A DNA stretch of 64,000 bases from Chiloscyllium plagiosum (lineage: Eukaryota), in contig NC_057710.1 in assembly GCF_004010195.1 (NCBI RefSeq), positions 123,917,367 through 123,981,366 of the forward strand, given 5' to 3'. Made by a program: the position numbers and the translations under genes. The notes beneath the pieces are model-generated. The model did no database searches. It was not told where the DNA came from and was given only the letters and a program-made list of their open reading frames with translations. Positions 25,456 to 38,419 of the stretch are shown in pieces (within the stretch, counting starts at the first letter, position 1; every line of letters starts with the position of its first letter).

Positions 25456-25812
25456 GGGCGGCATGATGGCTCAGTGGTTAGCACTGCTGCCTCACAGCAC
25501 CAGGGACCCAGGTTCAATTCTAGCCTCAGGTGACTGTCTGTGTGGAGTTTGCACATTCTCCCAGTGCCTGCGTGCGCTTCCTCTGGGTGCTCTGGTTTCC
25601 TCCCACAATCTAAAAATGTGTAGGATAGATGAATTGGTCATACTAAATTGACCATAGTGTTCAGGGATGTGTAGGTTAGGTGCATTAGTCAGGGGTAAAT
25701 GTAGAGTAATCTGGTAAGAGAATGAGTCTGGGTGGGTTACTCTTCAGAGCATTGATGTGGACTTGTTGGGCTGAAGGGTCTGTTTCCACAAAGTAGGGAT
25801 TCTGTGATTCTA
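25456..25812 (+). mobile_element. HE1-like V-SINE, full length
   Basis: tRNA-like head (tggctcagtggttagc / ggttcaattc), V-domain-like tgtgtggagtttgcacattctccc, and a CR1-derived tail. Confidence 0.92.
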
Positions 25813-25899
25813 AGCTGTTGTTCCTCAATTAAAAACTTAGTACAATGGTGGCCTCCCCATGGTGGGAGCAGTATCTCAAGTATTTTTGTCTCTTCATAG

Positions 25900-25917
25900 G
25901 TTGTCCTTGATTTGCAG
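25900..25917 (+). other. Candidate 18-nt microexon or recursive splice site
   Basis: tttttgtctcttcatAG | GTTGTCCTTGATTTGCAG | GTAAGT. Phase 0 gives VVLDLQ. Confidence 0.33.
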
Positions 25918-26591
25918 GTAAGTGGACAATAACAGTACATCAGTCAGACTTGATACTGCTCCATGTACAATTGGCAGGAGGGATAATTCAAATAGCTCTT
26001 GTATTTGTGTTCTGCCAAATTTCATCTCCCTTACAATGGAGGTCATTATGTTTAGGTTCTGCTGAAACAGATGAAATCTCCGAAACAACTTCAATACAAT
26101 CTGTCCCACAGTACAAAATTCTGGTCTTCTGATTGTATTCATTGCTTACCCATTTGAAATATTACTTCTTGGAGCTCCTCCCATCCAGGTGGTGTAAAGT
26201 CGCTGCATTAGTCTAAAAGCAAAGTTTTGGCTGTCCTTCCCATTAATGGGATGGAATTGCAGTAGGAGCAACAAGAAAACCCTGGCCTGGATTGCCTGTC
26301 CAGACCTTTCTTACATTGCACTCATTTAAAACCAATGGAATATACTTGACTCAGTATTGCAATCTGATGAGTACTAATTTGCTAAAGCACACAAGTAGAC
26401 TAATCCCAATCAAACTGTTGAACTGAGATAGTTTAAAAAGTCCTGGCTGACAATGGAGGAGAAGGAAGATCAGAGGAATGATCAATGAGGCAGTATTGTG
26501 CATTGATATTGGTGGAGACCTGGAAACATATTGCTGAGGCTTTCAAGTTGGTTAAATATATGGGCTAGAGTGAAAAATAGAAATCGGGAAC

Positions 26592-26712
26592 TGCAGATAT
26601 TTTTAAACGAGTTGTTCAGACATGTCATCACACGCCTCTGGAGTAGGTGGAAATGAACCCAGGCCCACCTAACTCAAAGGCAGGGACACTACCATTCTGC
26701 CACAAGAGCCCT
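26592..26712 (-). mobile_element. Short tRNA-derived SINE head
   Basis: Similar to 45465-45592, with A/B-box-like motifs on the minus strand. Confidence 0.55.
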
Positions 26713-26885
26713 ACTGGAGCAATATATCTTGTGGAGTGAGATCTCCATCAGATGAGAGGTTAAAACAATTGTCAACCTTTTAAAATGCTGTATACTTAAG
26801 TATTGCTGAAAATAGTCAATTCTGTTCAATCTTTTCATCTTGCAATTAAATGAGGCAGGTTTGCTCTAATTGATCAAAAGTAAAA

Positions 26886-27038
26886 ATAGTCCAACAGGTT
26901 TAGTTGGAAGTACGCTCAGCATGCTAAATAGTTACGTGACCGCAAGCATACTTCAGACTTAACCTGTTTGACTATGACCTGATGTTGTGTGATTTTTAAC
27001 TTTGTCCACCCCAGTCCAACACCGGCATCTCCAGATCC
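26886..27038 (+). mobile_element. Rearranged copy of the 39931-40146 fold-back PLE family
   Basis: atagtccaacaggttta...aacctgtttgactatgacctgatgttgtgtgatttttaac...ccagtccaacaccggcatctcc. The central HHR region is replaced by other sequence. Confidence 0.75.
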
Positions 27039-27049
27039 TGATTGGCCAA

Positions 27050-27600
27050 GGCATTGTTCCAAGAAATATATCAGAGAATGGCCGTCAGCTATTTTGTTGA
27101 TCTAAAGCAGGTGCAGTATGTATATGTTCTGTCACAATGCCTTGCATGTTAACATATATAGTTTTCAGTATGCACAAATACACACAATGCGAGCTTGACT
27201 GACGACCCTAAATTAGTTGTCAGTGTAATTCTTCGCAATTTTAGGATTATTTAGCTAATGTTTTCCAATTATAGAATGACATCTAATATTGGATGCTTCA
27301 TTGTGAGTTTTGCAAGTGGACACTACTTGGATATGGTCTATGCCTTGCTTGTAGTGAAAAGCTGAAGGCATATGCTATTTGATACAATCTGCCAATATTT
27401 GGGATGTGTGGCCTACCTACCTACCATCATGCCAGCACTGAAATCCACATGCTATTTTACTCGCCTGATGGATCAGTAGAATTTGTTTTGGATTAATGAC
27501 AGCTCCTGATTGCGGTGAACATCTCTCGTGATGCCATTACATAGTAGCAGCATGAAATAGTTAACTTAAGCTGTTTGTTATGATTCCAACTGATGGTACG
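27050..27600 (-). pseudogene. PLE C-terminal / GIY-YIG endonuclease fossil
   Basis: Minus strand reads KQLKLTISCCYYVMASREMFT...GFQCWHDGR*VGHTSQILADCIK*HMPS, resembling the PLE VYxFxCxCxxxYVGxTxxxLxxRIxQH motif. Confidence 0.7.
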
Positions 27601-28248
27601 ACTAGACAAGTGCAATCCCAGAATGAAACCTGGCTTGATAAATCATGTTGCATGTTTGTAGATGGTTACTACAGAAGTTCGACACTGAACATATTCACAT
27701 GAGGCTGCAAATTTTCTTGCAGAAGATTAGTTCATTGCGCAAAAGAAAATGAACAAAGTTATATATGTGTGTCAGAAAGATTTTAACACAAACAACAAAA
27801 CAAAGTTTCAGCATATTACAGACGTTCAATCTCTGGGAAATATCATTTACCTCAACTCTTTAATTTCTATTTTACTGAATCTTCCCAGTTTACTTTCTGC
27901 AGATTACTAAGGCAGTTTTACGATTCTTTTCCAAACCTGCTGCCATGAATATTTTTCAATTTGGATGGCTTCGACCTCTTTTCCATTCAGACAATTAGAA
28001 CACTTCTATAAACTCTCTCAATCGGTGTGCTTCACAGATTAAAAGCCAGTTCTGCCAGGGTGACTGGTACTCCAAAACTGACAACACCATGCTCCTGCTC
28101 AGAGGAAATTATTTTCCCTTCTAAATCTTCTGAACTGGAACAAGAAGCTGATCTGTTTTAAACTCAACAATATAAATATTCCATCCATTAACACCCTAAG
28201 TGTATTGTCAGGCACTTTACTGGATCACATACATTGTCAAAAAGATAT

Positions 28249-28545
28249 CATAGAATCCCTACAGTGCAGAAAGACACTATTTGACCCATCAAGTCTGCAC
28301 CAACCCTCCAAAGAGCATGCCACCCAGACCCAGCCATATCCCCATGTTTTACCACACCTAATCCACTCAGCCTGTACATCCCTAGTTACTTTGGACAATC
28401 TACCATGGCCAATCCACCTAACCAGCATATCTTTGGATTGTGGGCAGAAACCCACATGGGCATGAGGAAAATGTGCAAACTCCATACAGACTGTTACCCA
28501 AGGCTGGAATTGAACCCAGGTGCTGTGAGGTAGCAGTGCTGCCCA
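28249..28545 (-). mobile_element. HE1-like V-SINE (diverged)
   Basis: Similarity to the other HE1 copies, including gtgcaaactccatacagac and ggaattgaacccagg. Confidence 0.85.
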
Positions 28546-28804
28546 TATGGATTGTTCAAAATAATGTATTGAGCTTCAAAAACAACTTCACAAAATGGAC
28601 TATAATCCACCTAATTCTATTTTAAAATCTAAATCTGAAATGATATATTACACAGCTTTGATCACAATTCTCCACAAAGAAAAAAAGTGAAACTGTATCC
28701 TGACTGTATTGTTACTCCTCTGTTGCATTAATATAGCATATTTACACTAAATATATATTGCTAGTCCTTTTTGGTCATGGTATTTGGTTACATTCATATC
28801 TGCT

Positions 28805-29225
28805 GTTGACAAAGTGCCTGTTTATTATAACATTGTCCTTGCCAGCCACATTAATGATTTTTAGATTATTTAGTTGTAATAGTCAGCTCCAATGAAACAG
28901 TCTTGAGTTCTTGTTCAGAATCACTTCACAAATACTAAAGAATCGTGGAACATATAAATAACAGTCTTTTCACAGTTGCTGGATCATTGTAGAGCCAAAG
29001 AAAAGCTCAATATCTCCTTTTGCACCCATTTAACTGTTGAGAAAATGACTGACCAGCTGCTTCGTTCCCATCTCATCTTCTTCGAGTAAAAAAGCACTCA
29101 AGCTGATGGTTACTGGCATCAACAGCCAATTTGAATGGCTTCTCCTAATTTGGAGCTATCATGTAGTTGTTAGCACAGCTTTCAAATTTTCAAAAGTGCT
29201 CTGACATTTTTTTGTCCATTTAAAT
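28805..29225 (-). pseudogene. Gypsy pol fossil (RT connection plus RNase H)
   Basis: Minus strand reads WTKKCQSTFENLKAVLTT...APN*EKPFKLAVDAS...NKNSRLFHWS*LLQLNNLKIINVAGKDNVI, with frameshifts. Confidence 0.75.
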
Positions 29226-29299
29226 TCTTACCTTCTGTACATTTGCAAAGGAATCACTACAATGCTAAATTAGTGCCCCCTCCACAGACATTGACTCCC

Positions 29300-29670
29300 T
29301 AAACTGTTGATGCTCAGTAGCAGCAGTGTGTACCCCACAAGATGCACTGTAGAACTTTACCAAGTCTCCTTAAACAGCATCTCCCAAACTCATGACCACT
29401 CCCATCTAGAAGGACAAGGGTAGCAGCTACATAGAAACACCAGCACCCACAAGCTCCCCTCCAAACCACTCACCAGCCTAACTTGGAAATATATCAGTGT
29501 TCCTTGAGTGGCAATAGGTCAAAATTCGAGATTGCTCTTTCTAACAGCATTGTGGGTTTATCTACATTACATGGACTACAGTAGTCCTAGATGGCAACTC
29601 ACCACCATGGACAATAAATACTGGCCCAGCCATGGAAGCTCATATTCCAAAGATGAATAAAGAAAATTAA
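29300..29670 (+). mobile_element. 3' end of a second CR1-clade LINE family (DeuSINE-type tail)
   Basis: Same sequence as 33480-33835 (catctagaaggacaagggtagcag...caataaatactggcccagcc). Confidence 0.75.
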
Positions 29671-29726
29671 GAACAAACTTCACATAAAATCCACTCATGC
29701 CAACATATCACAGGATTTTGACTTTG

Positions 29727-30091
29727 ACAAAATTATGAGGAGCATGGATAGGATAAATAGACAAAGTCTTTTCCCTGGGGTCGGGGAGTCCAGATTTAGA
29801 GGGCATTGGTTTAGAGTGAGAGGGGAAAGATATAAAAGAGACCTAAGGGGCAACTTTTTCACACAGAGGGTGGTACGTGTATGGAATGAGCTGCCAGAGG
29901 ATGTGGTGGAGGCTGGTACAACTGCAACATTTAAGAGGCATTTGGATGGGTATATGAATAGGAAGGATTTGGAGGGATATGGGCCGGTTGCTGGCAGGTG
30001 GGACTAGTTTGAGTTGGGATGTCTGGTCGGCATGGACGGGTTGGACCGAAGGGTCTGTTTCCATGCTGTACATCTCTATGACTCTATGACT
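29727..30091 (+). mobile_element. Young CR1 LINE 3' end
   Basis: ORF 29735..30007 with tail ctctatgactctatgact. Confidence 0.93.
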
Positions 30092-30349
30092 TAGGCACAG
30101 GGAAATCCAAGATCTAAGATTCCTTATTTTAACTTCACTTAAGTACTACTTGGCCTTATCCTATACTGCAACTGTATTGTGACATTTTTAACCCAAACAG
30201 AAGCGAGTTAAAAACCATTCGGAGTGACATTGGTAGTTGCAGTAACACCTATCTGTACCATTAGCTAAAGATGCTCCCTGCAGTAATATAAAACAAAGAA
30301 CTGCAGATGCCGGAGATCTGAAATAAACAAGGGTATGGCAAGCTTTAGA

Positions 30350-30765
30350 GCACAGGTTCTTAGTACTGTTGTTGGAATACAGTCAGGGCCCACAGTATCT
30401 AGTACTTTAGACATTTCTTGATATCAAGTAGAATGAATTAAAATGGCTGAAGCCTTGCATCTATGGTACTGGGGACCGCTGGCAAAGAGATAGATCCACT
30501 CGGCACTTTTGGCTGAAGATTTTTGTAAATGCTTTCTGTCTTATCTTTTGCACTGATGAGGATGATTACTGAGCATGGGGATATTTGTGGAGCCTCCTCC
30601 TCAGTGATTTGTTGAATTGCCCACCACCATTGACGATTGGATGTGACAAGACTGCAGAGGTTAGACTGATTTGCTGGTTATGGGATCACTTAGCTTTTTC
30701 TATTGCATGATGCTTATGCAGGCGAGTATGTTTACCTTCACCAGGTTTATATCTCATTTTTGTTT
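30350..30765 (-). mobile_element. Degenerate LINE fragment (CR1 clade)
   Basis: Decayed ORF2-like sequence; family uncertain. Confidence 0.45.
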
Positions 30766-31702
30766 TAGGTCAAATATAACAAGTCAATTTATTCATACCT
30801 AATTCAAAAAGAACAAGCACAGTGCTGACTTCAAGACACTCTTAGTTTTCTTGTCTGCTTATTCTAAATAATTTCTGGTCTCAATATTATCCTCTGAAAG
30901 ACCTATTTTATCACAATAACACAGGTGAACACTCCATTAAAAGGTCTTAGAAGTACTAAAACTTGACAGTTTGAACTTTTGAACTAGAATGACTTCATCT
31001 TTAACAATTCTATTAATGTTTTCACATCAATCATAATGTCTTTAATTAACCTAAGACAGTGCGATGGTACTTCTGTAAAGGACAGAGAAGGAGAAGAGAT
31101 TTTGAAATGAAACAAAAAATGTGGGAAACACTCAGCAAGGCAGGCAGTATCTGTGATGAAGAACAGAGTTAATATTTGAAGTCATCTTTAAAGGTCATCT
31201 TGACCTATAACATAAACTTTGGACCATGTAATTTATAATCAAACATTTGCAGGCAAAGTTGCCTTTCTAGTGGTGGTGGATCAGGTGCAGTTAAGTACTT
31301 TGCCACAAGAGGGCAAGGTAGGGCCAACAATGCCAGAGCTCCCTGGATGCTGAAAGGAATAGAGAGCAAAATGATGCAGGTGAAGGATGTGTACTTCAAA
31401 ATGTCAGTTAATAATGAGCAAACAATCTGCTGAATATAGAATATTCAGAAAGGAAGAAAAATGGGAAGAAATGCATGGAGAAAGTAAGAGACGGGACTGT
31501 CAAATGATATAAAAGGGTATCAAAAGTTTTCTGTACAGGATTGCATTCAGCATAAACACAAACTGTTTGGCCCAAAAGGTTAGTATTTATGCTTCATTCA
31601 AGCCTCCTCCCATCTTACCTCATCTAAATCTATCATCACAACCCTTTATTTCCTTTCGCTTATTTGCTCCTCTGACTTCCCTTTAAATGCATCTATATTA
31701 TT

Positions 31703-32056
31703 GCAAAGTGGCTCAGTGGTTAGCACAGCTGCCACACAGTGCCAGGGACCCAGGTTCAATTCCAGGCTCGGGCGACTGTCTGAGTGGAGTTTGCACATTG
31801 TCCCTATGTCTGCGTGGGTTTGCTCCGGGTGCTTCAGTTTCCTCCCACAAACCAAAGATGTACAGGGTAGGTGAATTGGCCTTGCTAAACTGCCCATAGT
31901 GTTCAGGGATGTGTAGGTTAGGTGCATTAGTCAGGGGTAAATATAGAATAATAGGGTAAGGGAATAGGTCTGGGTGGGTTGTACTTCGGTGGGTCGATGT
32001 GGACTTGTTGAGCCTAATGGCCTGTTTCCACACTGGAGGGATTCTGTGATTCTATG
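31703..32056 (+). mobile_element. HE1-like V-SINE inserted in an old minus-strand CR1 fragment (~31540-32300)
   Basis: Head, V domain and tail present. 'attatt' is repeated at both junctions and CR1-like sequence continues across. Confidence 0.92.
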
Positions 32057-32379
32057 ATTATTTGCTTCAGCCATTCTCTGTATTAGGGAAATCCACTCTG
32101 CCACTACTCATCAAATAAGGATCTTTCTTCTACATCCCCTATTGGCTTTCCTGGTGACTATTGATGACTTCATCACAGGAGGAAAAATTCTTTCTGTATC
32201 CACACGATCAATACCTTGTTTCATTTTAAACATTTTGGTAAGATCACCCCTCAGCCTTCTTTTTCCAAACAAACAGCCTATCAATCTTTTCCTGATGTGC
32301 GTATTTTTTAGTTTTCATTATTGTAAATATTGTCTATACATACATGAGTGATATATATCTCTACATAACAACATATTCT

Positions 32380-33835
32380 CAAAACCAGAACAAATCCAAT
32401 TTAGGCCAATTAACACCCATCAGTCTACTTTTCGATCATCAGTAAAGTGATGGAAGGTATCGTCAATAATGCTATCAAGCAATAACCTACTTAGTGATGC
32501 CCGGTTTTGTCTTCTGTCAGGGTCACTCAGCTCCTGACCTCATTACAGTCTTGGTTCAAATATGGACAAAAGAACTGAATTCCAGAGGTGAGGTGGGAGT
32601 GCCAGCCCTTGACATCAAGGCCACATTTGACCAAGTATGGCATTGAGCAACCCTAGCAAAACTGGAATCAATGGGTATCAGGAGCAAAATCTTCATTGGG
32701 TGAGGTCAAATCTGGTACTTAGGAAGGAGGTTGTGGTTCTTGGAGGTCAGTCATCTCAGGTCCAGAACATCTCAACAGGAGTTCCTCAGGGTAGTGTCCT
32801 AGACCCAACCATCTTCAGCTGCTTCAGCAATACCCTTCCCTCCATCATAACGTCACAAGAGGGATGCTTGCTGATAATTGCACAATGTTCAGAACCATTC
32901 ACAACTCCTTAGATACTGAAGCAGTCTATGTTCAAATGCAACAAGATCTGGACAATATCCAGGCTTGGGATGACAAGTGGCAAGTGACATACATGTCACT
33001 AAAATGTCAGGCAAAGACCATCATCAATAAGAGACAATCTAACCACCACTCCTTGACATTCAATGGTGTTACCATCACCAAATCCTCCACTTCCTAGGGG
33101 TTACCAATAACCAGAAACTCAATTAGACGACAAGAGTAGGTCAGAGACTAGAAATGCTGTAGTGAGTAAATCACGACCTGACTCCCCAAAGCTATCCGCC
33201 ATCTGCAAGGCACAAGTCAGTCATGTGATGGAATACTCTTCACTTGCCTGGATGCGTGCATCTCCAACAACACTCAAGAAACTTGACACCAGGAGAAAGT
33301 GAGGACTGCAGATGCTGGAGATCAGAGTCGAAAAGTATGGTGCTGGAAAAGCGCAGCAGGGCAGGCAGCATCCTAGGAGCAGGAGAGTCAATGTTTGGGC
33401 ATAAATCCTTCATCAGGACAAATCAGTCCACTTGGGATTGGCACCACATTCACAAACATCCACTTTCTCCACTACCAGAAGTGTGTGCTTTTTACAAGAT
33501 TCACTGTGGAAATTCATCAAAGATCCTCAGACAGCACCTTCTAAACCCATAACCACTTGCATCTAGAAGAACAAGGGCAGCAGATATATGGAAGCAAGTT
33601 CCATCTCCAAATTCCTCTCCAAACCACTCACCATGTTGACTTGGAAATATATTGCCATTCCTTCGCTCAAGGTTGCTGGATCAAAATCCTAGAATTCCCT
33701 CCCTAGTGCTGTTCACTACAGTACATGGACTGCAGTAGTTCAAGAATGCACCAACATCTTCTCATGGTCAATTAGAGATGGGCAATAAATGCGGGGCAGC
33801 TAGCAATGCCTGCATCTCACAAATGAATTTTTAAA
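32380..33835 (+). mobile_element. CR1-clade LINE (second family), RT to 3' end
   Basis: Degenerate PISLL, GHSAPDL, ALDIKATFDQVWH, GVPQGSVLDPTIF, LADNCT and QQDLDNIQAW motifs, ending in gggcaataaatgc...gaattttt. Confidence 0.85.
33291..33417 (-). mobile_element. PLE terminus inserted in the LINE; HHR core with mutated GAAA
   Basis: Minus strand cCTGATGAaggatttatgcccaaac (core at 33410-33416). LINE sequence resumes afterwards. Confidence 0.75.
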
Positions 33836-34391
33836 AAGTTCCCATGTGCTTCCTGTAGTACGGTGACTGGTATTGCACTCAATTCTCTTAAATGTAGTTT
33901 AACCTGCCTTATTCCCTTTTTCAACTGCCAGCTCACACCATCCTGTAATCAAGCAATGGTGAGCAAGCTGCAGATATTGCCACCATGAACCTGTTTCTTT
34001 CTCCCTCAGAGCTCCCTTTCCTCATTCCGACCTGCTACTTCTGATTTTCTGCTGTAGACACTCAAGGGCAAGAGGAGCTCCGGGAGAATAAAGAGACAAA
34101 CAGTTGATGAAGAGGCTCATCATTCAATCTGACATGCAGTCACTAGCTCAAACACTGTCACTATATATTACTGGAGGCTAGTACTGAGTTGAAATAAGTA
34201 TGTAGTGTGCACATGTAGGCTGTACCCAGGCCAGGGATAATGGCAATTTCATATGCCATCTCTCTGGAAGGCAGGGTTACAGGTAATGTCTGCTACAGAG
34301 AAATCAGATGAGGATCTTGGAGGTATGACATTCTGATGGATACTAAGAGGCTGTGTGCATTGGATGGCCTGGCAAACAGCCCTCTCTTATT

Positions 34392-34586
34392 AGGAGAGTG
34401 TGAGGACTGCAAATGCAGGAGAATCAGGTTCGAAACGTGTGGCGCTGGAAAAGCACAGCAGGTCAGGCAGCATCCGAGGAGCAGGAGAGTCGACATTCCT
34501 GTGAAGGACTTATGCCCAAAATGTTGACTCTCTTGCTCCTCGAATGCTGCCTGACCTGCTGAGTTTTTCCAGCACCACTCTTTTTG
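34392..34586. mobile_element. Fold-back PLE-terminus element with 14-bp TSD
   Basis: TSD agccctctcttatt at 34378-34391 and 34587-34600. Inverted arms meet at ~34497-34500, next to the degenerate HHR cctgtgaaggacttatgcccaaaa. Confidence 0.88.
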
Positions 34587-34802
34587 AGCCCTCTCTTATT
34601 GTTAAAGAGAATGGAGGATGTACAATAGCTTTCTGTGGCTCATGCAAAAGGACACCCAGATTCCTCTGGTCTGAAGCATTTTGAAGTTTAGCTCCATTTA
34701 GAAAATAAGTTGCCTTTTTAATCTTCCAAAATGGTTAAGGTCCACCTGTCAAGTTTTCACCCAGTCTCCTAATTGTTCATAACCATTTGTACATGTTTAT
34801 TT

Positions 34803-35030
34803 AGAGTCATACAGCGTGGAAACTCTTCGGTCCAACCAGTCCATGCTAAACATAATCCCAAACTGAACTAGTCCCACATGATTGCTGCTAGCCCATATCC
34901 CTCCAAACCTTTCCTATTCATGTACTTATCCAAATGTATTTGAAACATTATAATTGTACACACATCCATCACTTCCTCAGGAAGTTCACTCCATACACGA
35001 ACCACCCTCAATGTAAAAATTTGCCCTCAT
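34803..35030 (-). mobile_element. CR1 LINE 3' end
   Basis: Reverse complement of the young CR1 3' end. Confidence 0.85.
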
Positions 35031-35849
35031 GTATTTCTTATTTCTTCATTGCAAGTGGCTGTATTCAAGTGGTTGGACTACATACTGAGAATTTGAGTTT
35101 TCTCTGAGTTCTTCTACCAAATTTTGTCGCATTCATTTTATGTGCCCAGTGGGATGTTTAAGCCCAATATTTCATAATATTGTGAAATACGTTAAGCATG
35201 ATATAGCAGTAATTGAGTATGCTGCAAATAAAATTTTGTCAGCTCTGCTTGTGACAGCGGGTCTGCTGTTATTTTGAAAGATAAACGACAATCTATGGTC
35301 CCTGAGTCAGATTGAGAGGTAACCTTTTTTGACAGAAGAAATAAGACAAAGTAGGTGAAACGGATAAAAGCCAGGACTGATAAGCTCATTTCTGTCACAA
35401 TGATGCAGACAATTGGTTGTGTTGTCAGCAAACATTTTTTAAAGGGTGAACAAAGAGGAGACTTTTGAGCTGCCTAATGTGTTTTATGTCTCAGAGATAT
35501 GTAGAGATAACACAACAGTTTCTATTACTAAGCAGGAGCTTTATTCAATGTTTTAAATTGGCCGCAGTAAAAACCTCCAGCTTACTTTCACTTTCTTTTT
35601 CTCAGTAACCATGCTCAACTGTGATCACAAAGCACAGAGCTAAGCCAAAAGACACATTTGATCAAACACTGAACAATTGAGCTGCACTCTTTAGCCTTGT
35701 AAAGTTAGAGACCTTATTTTAAATTGAGCCATCATGAACAACTGAAATAACTCTTCAGAGTCCAGCGTCCCACCTGTTTTTCACCTGTTTTAACGTATTT
35801 CACCTGTTAATCACAAATGCATAGCCTTCGACAAGAGCACTGCCTCTCA

Positions 35850-35994
35850 CTGAGACAGGCATTTGGGGACTCAATATCTTTGACATTCATCCTTTTATGT
35901 CAGTCAGGTCTCCCTGATTGCACCAGGTTAACAGCCCCAGTCAGGGAACTCATATTCTGAAGTCCAGCTGGTTGACCTCGCTACAATTACTACA
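35850..35994 (-). mobile_element. Probable LTR fragment
   Basis: Minus strand begins tgtagtaattgtagcgaggtcaaccag (TG start) and has an internal ccctga/tcaggg inverted pair. No TSD identified. Confidence 0.35.
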
Positions 35995-36171
35995 CCAACA
36001 AACAGATGTACATTAAGTCAATCCTGGGGTTTAGGGTGTAGTTTTCTGCAAGATTAGAACCAGTCTTTGGAATATGAAGCAAAAACAGAAATTTCTGTAT
36101 AACCCAGCAGGTCTAGTAGCACCTGAGGAGGAAGAGAGTTGACATTTCGGGCTTAACCCTGCATCATCAGT

Positions 36172-37278
36172 CCAGAAATCTTTTGATAAAGCCCCATTCA
36201 GTAGCTTAGTAAACAAACTTTAAAGCGCACGCAGTTGAGGGTAATGTACGAGCATGGATTGATGATTAATTAACAGGTAGAAGCCAAAGAATATGAGTAA
36301 TGCCTTCATTCTCAGGTTGGCAGGTACCAGAGGATTAATACTTGGGTCCCAGCTGTTAACAATCTATATCAATGATTTGGAGCTGAGGGAAAATTGTAGT
36401 ATTTCCAAGTTTGTAAATAATCTTAAAACTTGGTGGAAATGTTAGTTGTGAGGAGGATGCAAGGAAGCTTCAAGCGATTTAGACAAGCTTAGTGAGTGAA
36501 ATATAATGTGTTTAATAATGAGGTTATCCACTTTGGTAGGATGAACAATGATGTAAAATATTTCTTAAATGGTGAAGCGTTGGAAAGTTTTGATATTCAA
36601 AGGCACTTTTGGTGCCTTTGTTTATAAGTTATTGGATGCTGGCATGCTGGGTAAGTAACTTGAAAGACAAGCTATATGTTACACTTTAACACGAGAATTT
36701 GTGTAGAGTAGCAAAGAAGCCTTGCTTCAATTATATAGAATGCTGGTAAAGCAGCAGCCGGTGTATTGTGTGCAGTTCTGATTCCCTTGCCTAAGGATGG
36801 ATGTACTTGCTGTAGAGGGATTGCAATAGAGATTCACCAGACTAATTCCTGAGACTGGACTATGAAGAGAGACTGACAAGACCCACCTGTATTCTCTCGA
36901 GTTCAGAAGAATGAGAGGCAATCTCATAGAAACTCATAAAATTTTTAAAGGGATTGATAGGTTAGATATAAGAAGGATGTTTCAACTGGTGTGGAATCTA
37001 GACTAGGGACATATTCTCAGAATAAAGGGTAAGCCATTTTAGAATGAGATGAAGAGAAATCTGTTCAGTCAGAGGGTGGAAAGTCTTTGTAATTCTCTAC
37101 CCCAGAAGACTGGAGGCTCTGTCATTAAGTGAGTTTGAGACAGAGATTCATAGAGTTCTAGTTTACTGATTATATCAATGGATATAAGGTAGCATGGGAA
37201 TATTGCATTAAAATAACTGATGAGCCATGGTCTAGAATGATAGAGAGTGCTTAAGGGGCTGAATGGCCTACTCCTGTA
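36172..37278 (+). mobile_element. Old CR1 LINE RT to 3' end
   Basis: Degenerate IYINDL, ISKF, YCVQF, LYSLEFRRMRGNL motifs and 3' UTR ggctgaatggcctactcctg. Confidence 0.85.
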
Positions 37279-38419
37279 CAGTTGTTCCTACAGATTATAA
37301 ATGAAATGGTGGGAATTGAAAAAGTCATGTGCCTATTATCCTTTGGAAAATGACGAGATAGCCATTCACACAAACTCCAAAGATAAAAACACTTTTCAAG
37401 ATGGTGGCTCAATAATCTTTTCTCTCAAGGATGATGTCATGATACAAGAGCTTCCAAAAGAAATAGTCACACTTGAAATCTTCAATATCCATTTTTAGAT
37501 TATGTCTGTTGAAAAATGTTCTTTATCACAGCAACTATTTTAACAAATCATGTAAGGTTAAGTTAGTGCTTTCCCTGTAAATGTTGGCAGAATACAAATA
37601 TTAGTCTATGACATTAACACAAGTAAGTGGAAGCAGAAACCAAACTGACTCTCTTAAGATGTACAAGAGTCACCAAGTGTATCATGATAAAAATGAAAAA
37701 CTGATAGCCTTGATAGAAATAATTTTGAAAGCTTGAAACTAAATCAACTGCAGTCACTTCATAGCTGCGGAAATATATGCTGGTTTTTGCTGGAATTGAG
37801 TTCCAATAATTCTCAATATTTTGCTTGATATATGACTTTCTAAATTGAATATGTTTAACAATAATCTAACATGGCTGCTTAACCATTTTTGGAGGACTTA
37901 TGCACATTTTTACTTAGCATATAATGACTGCCAGCAAAAATAGAACGACTATATGAAATACTTATGTTCATCGTCAGTCATTATTTGCTGTCTGTTGTCT
38001 CAATGGTGCTGTTAACATTGTCTTGTTCCTTCTCTGGCTTCCTATCATATGGCTGTAATTGATTAAATGGAGTGTAATTATACTGTACAAATTTTCTTCA
38101 CCCAAGTCAATCATTTTATAGTTGAGGAAAGCAAGTATAATGTTGTTACAAGATATCGGTTGAAGAGTGTTCTATTTTGAATGCTTTCAGTACATAAGCA
38201 TGAACACTTAGGAGCAAATCGCATATCTTAAAGACAACTTACTGCTGTGACCCCTATAATTAAATATGATTGAGACGATTCATATAACTGTTTCAGACTT
38301 CTCTGTAGCACATTCATCAATTTCTGTCATGAAGAGTCCCATCTAAATTATGGTTTTCAAATTTTTTATAGATTGTGACAATTACTTTTAAATCTATCAC
38401 TATATCCTCTTTGAAGGTT

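Noticed and set aside
25456..25530. tRNA-like sequences here and at 31703 and 43860-43931
   Set aside because: These are SINE heads continuing into the V domain and LINE-derived tail, not tRNA genes.
26362..26390. CTGATGA possible hammerhead
   Set aside because: No stem II followed by GAAA; chance 7-mer.
27850..28240. Possible hAT transposase C-terminal fossil (minus strand)
   Set aside because: Only vague similarity (LAELAFNL*STP..ERV); too decayed to call by eye.
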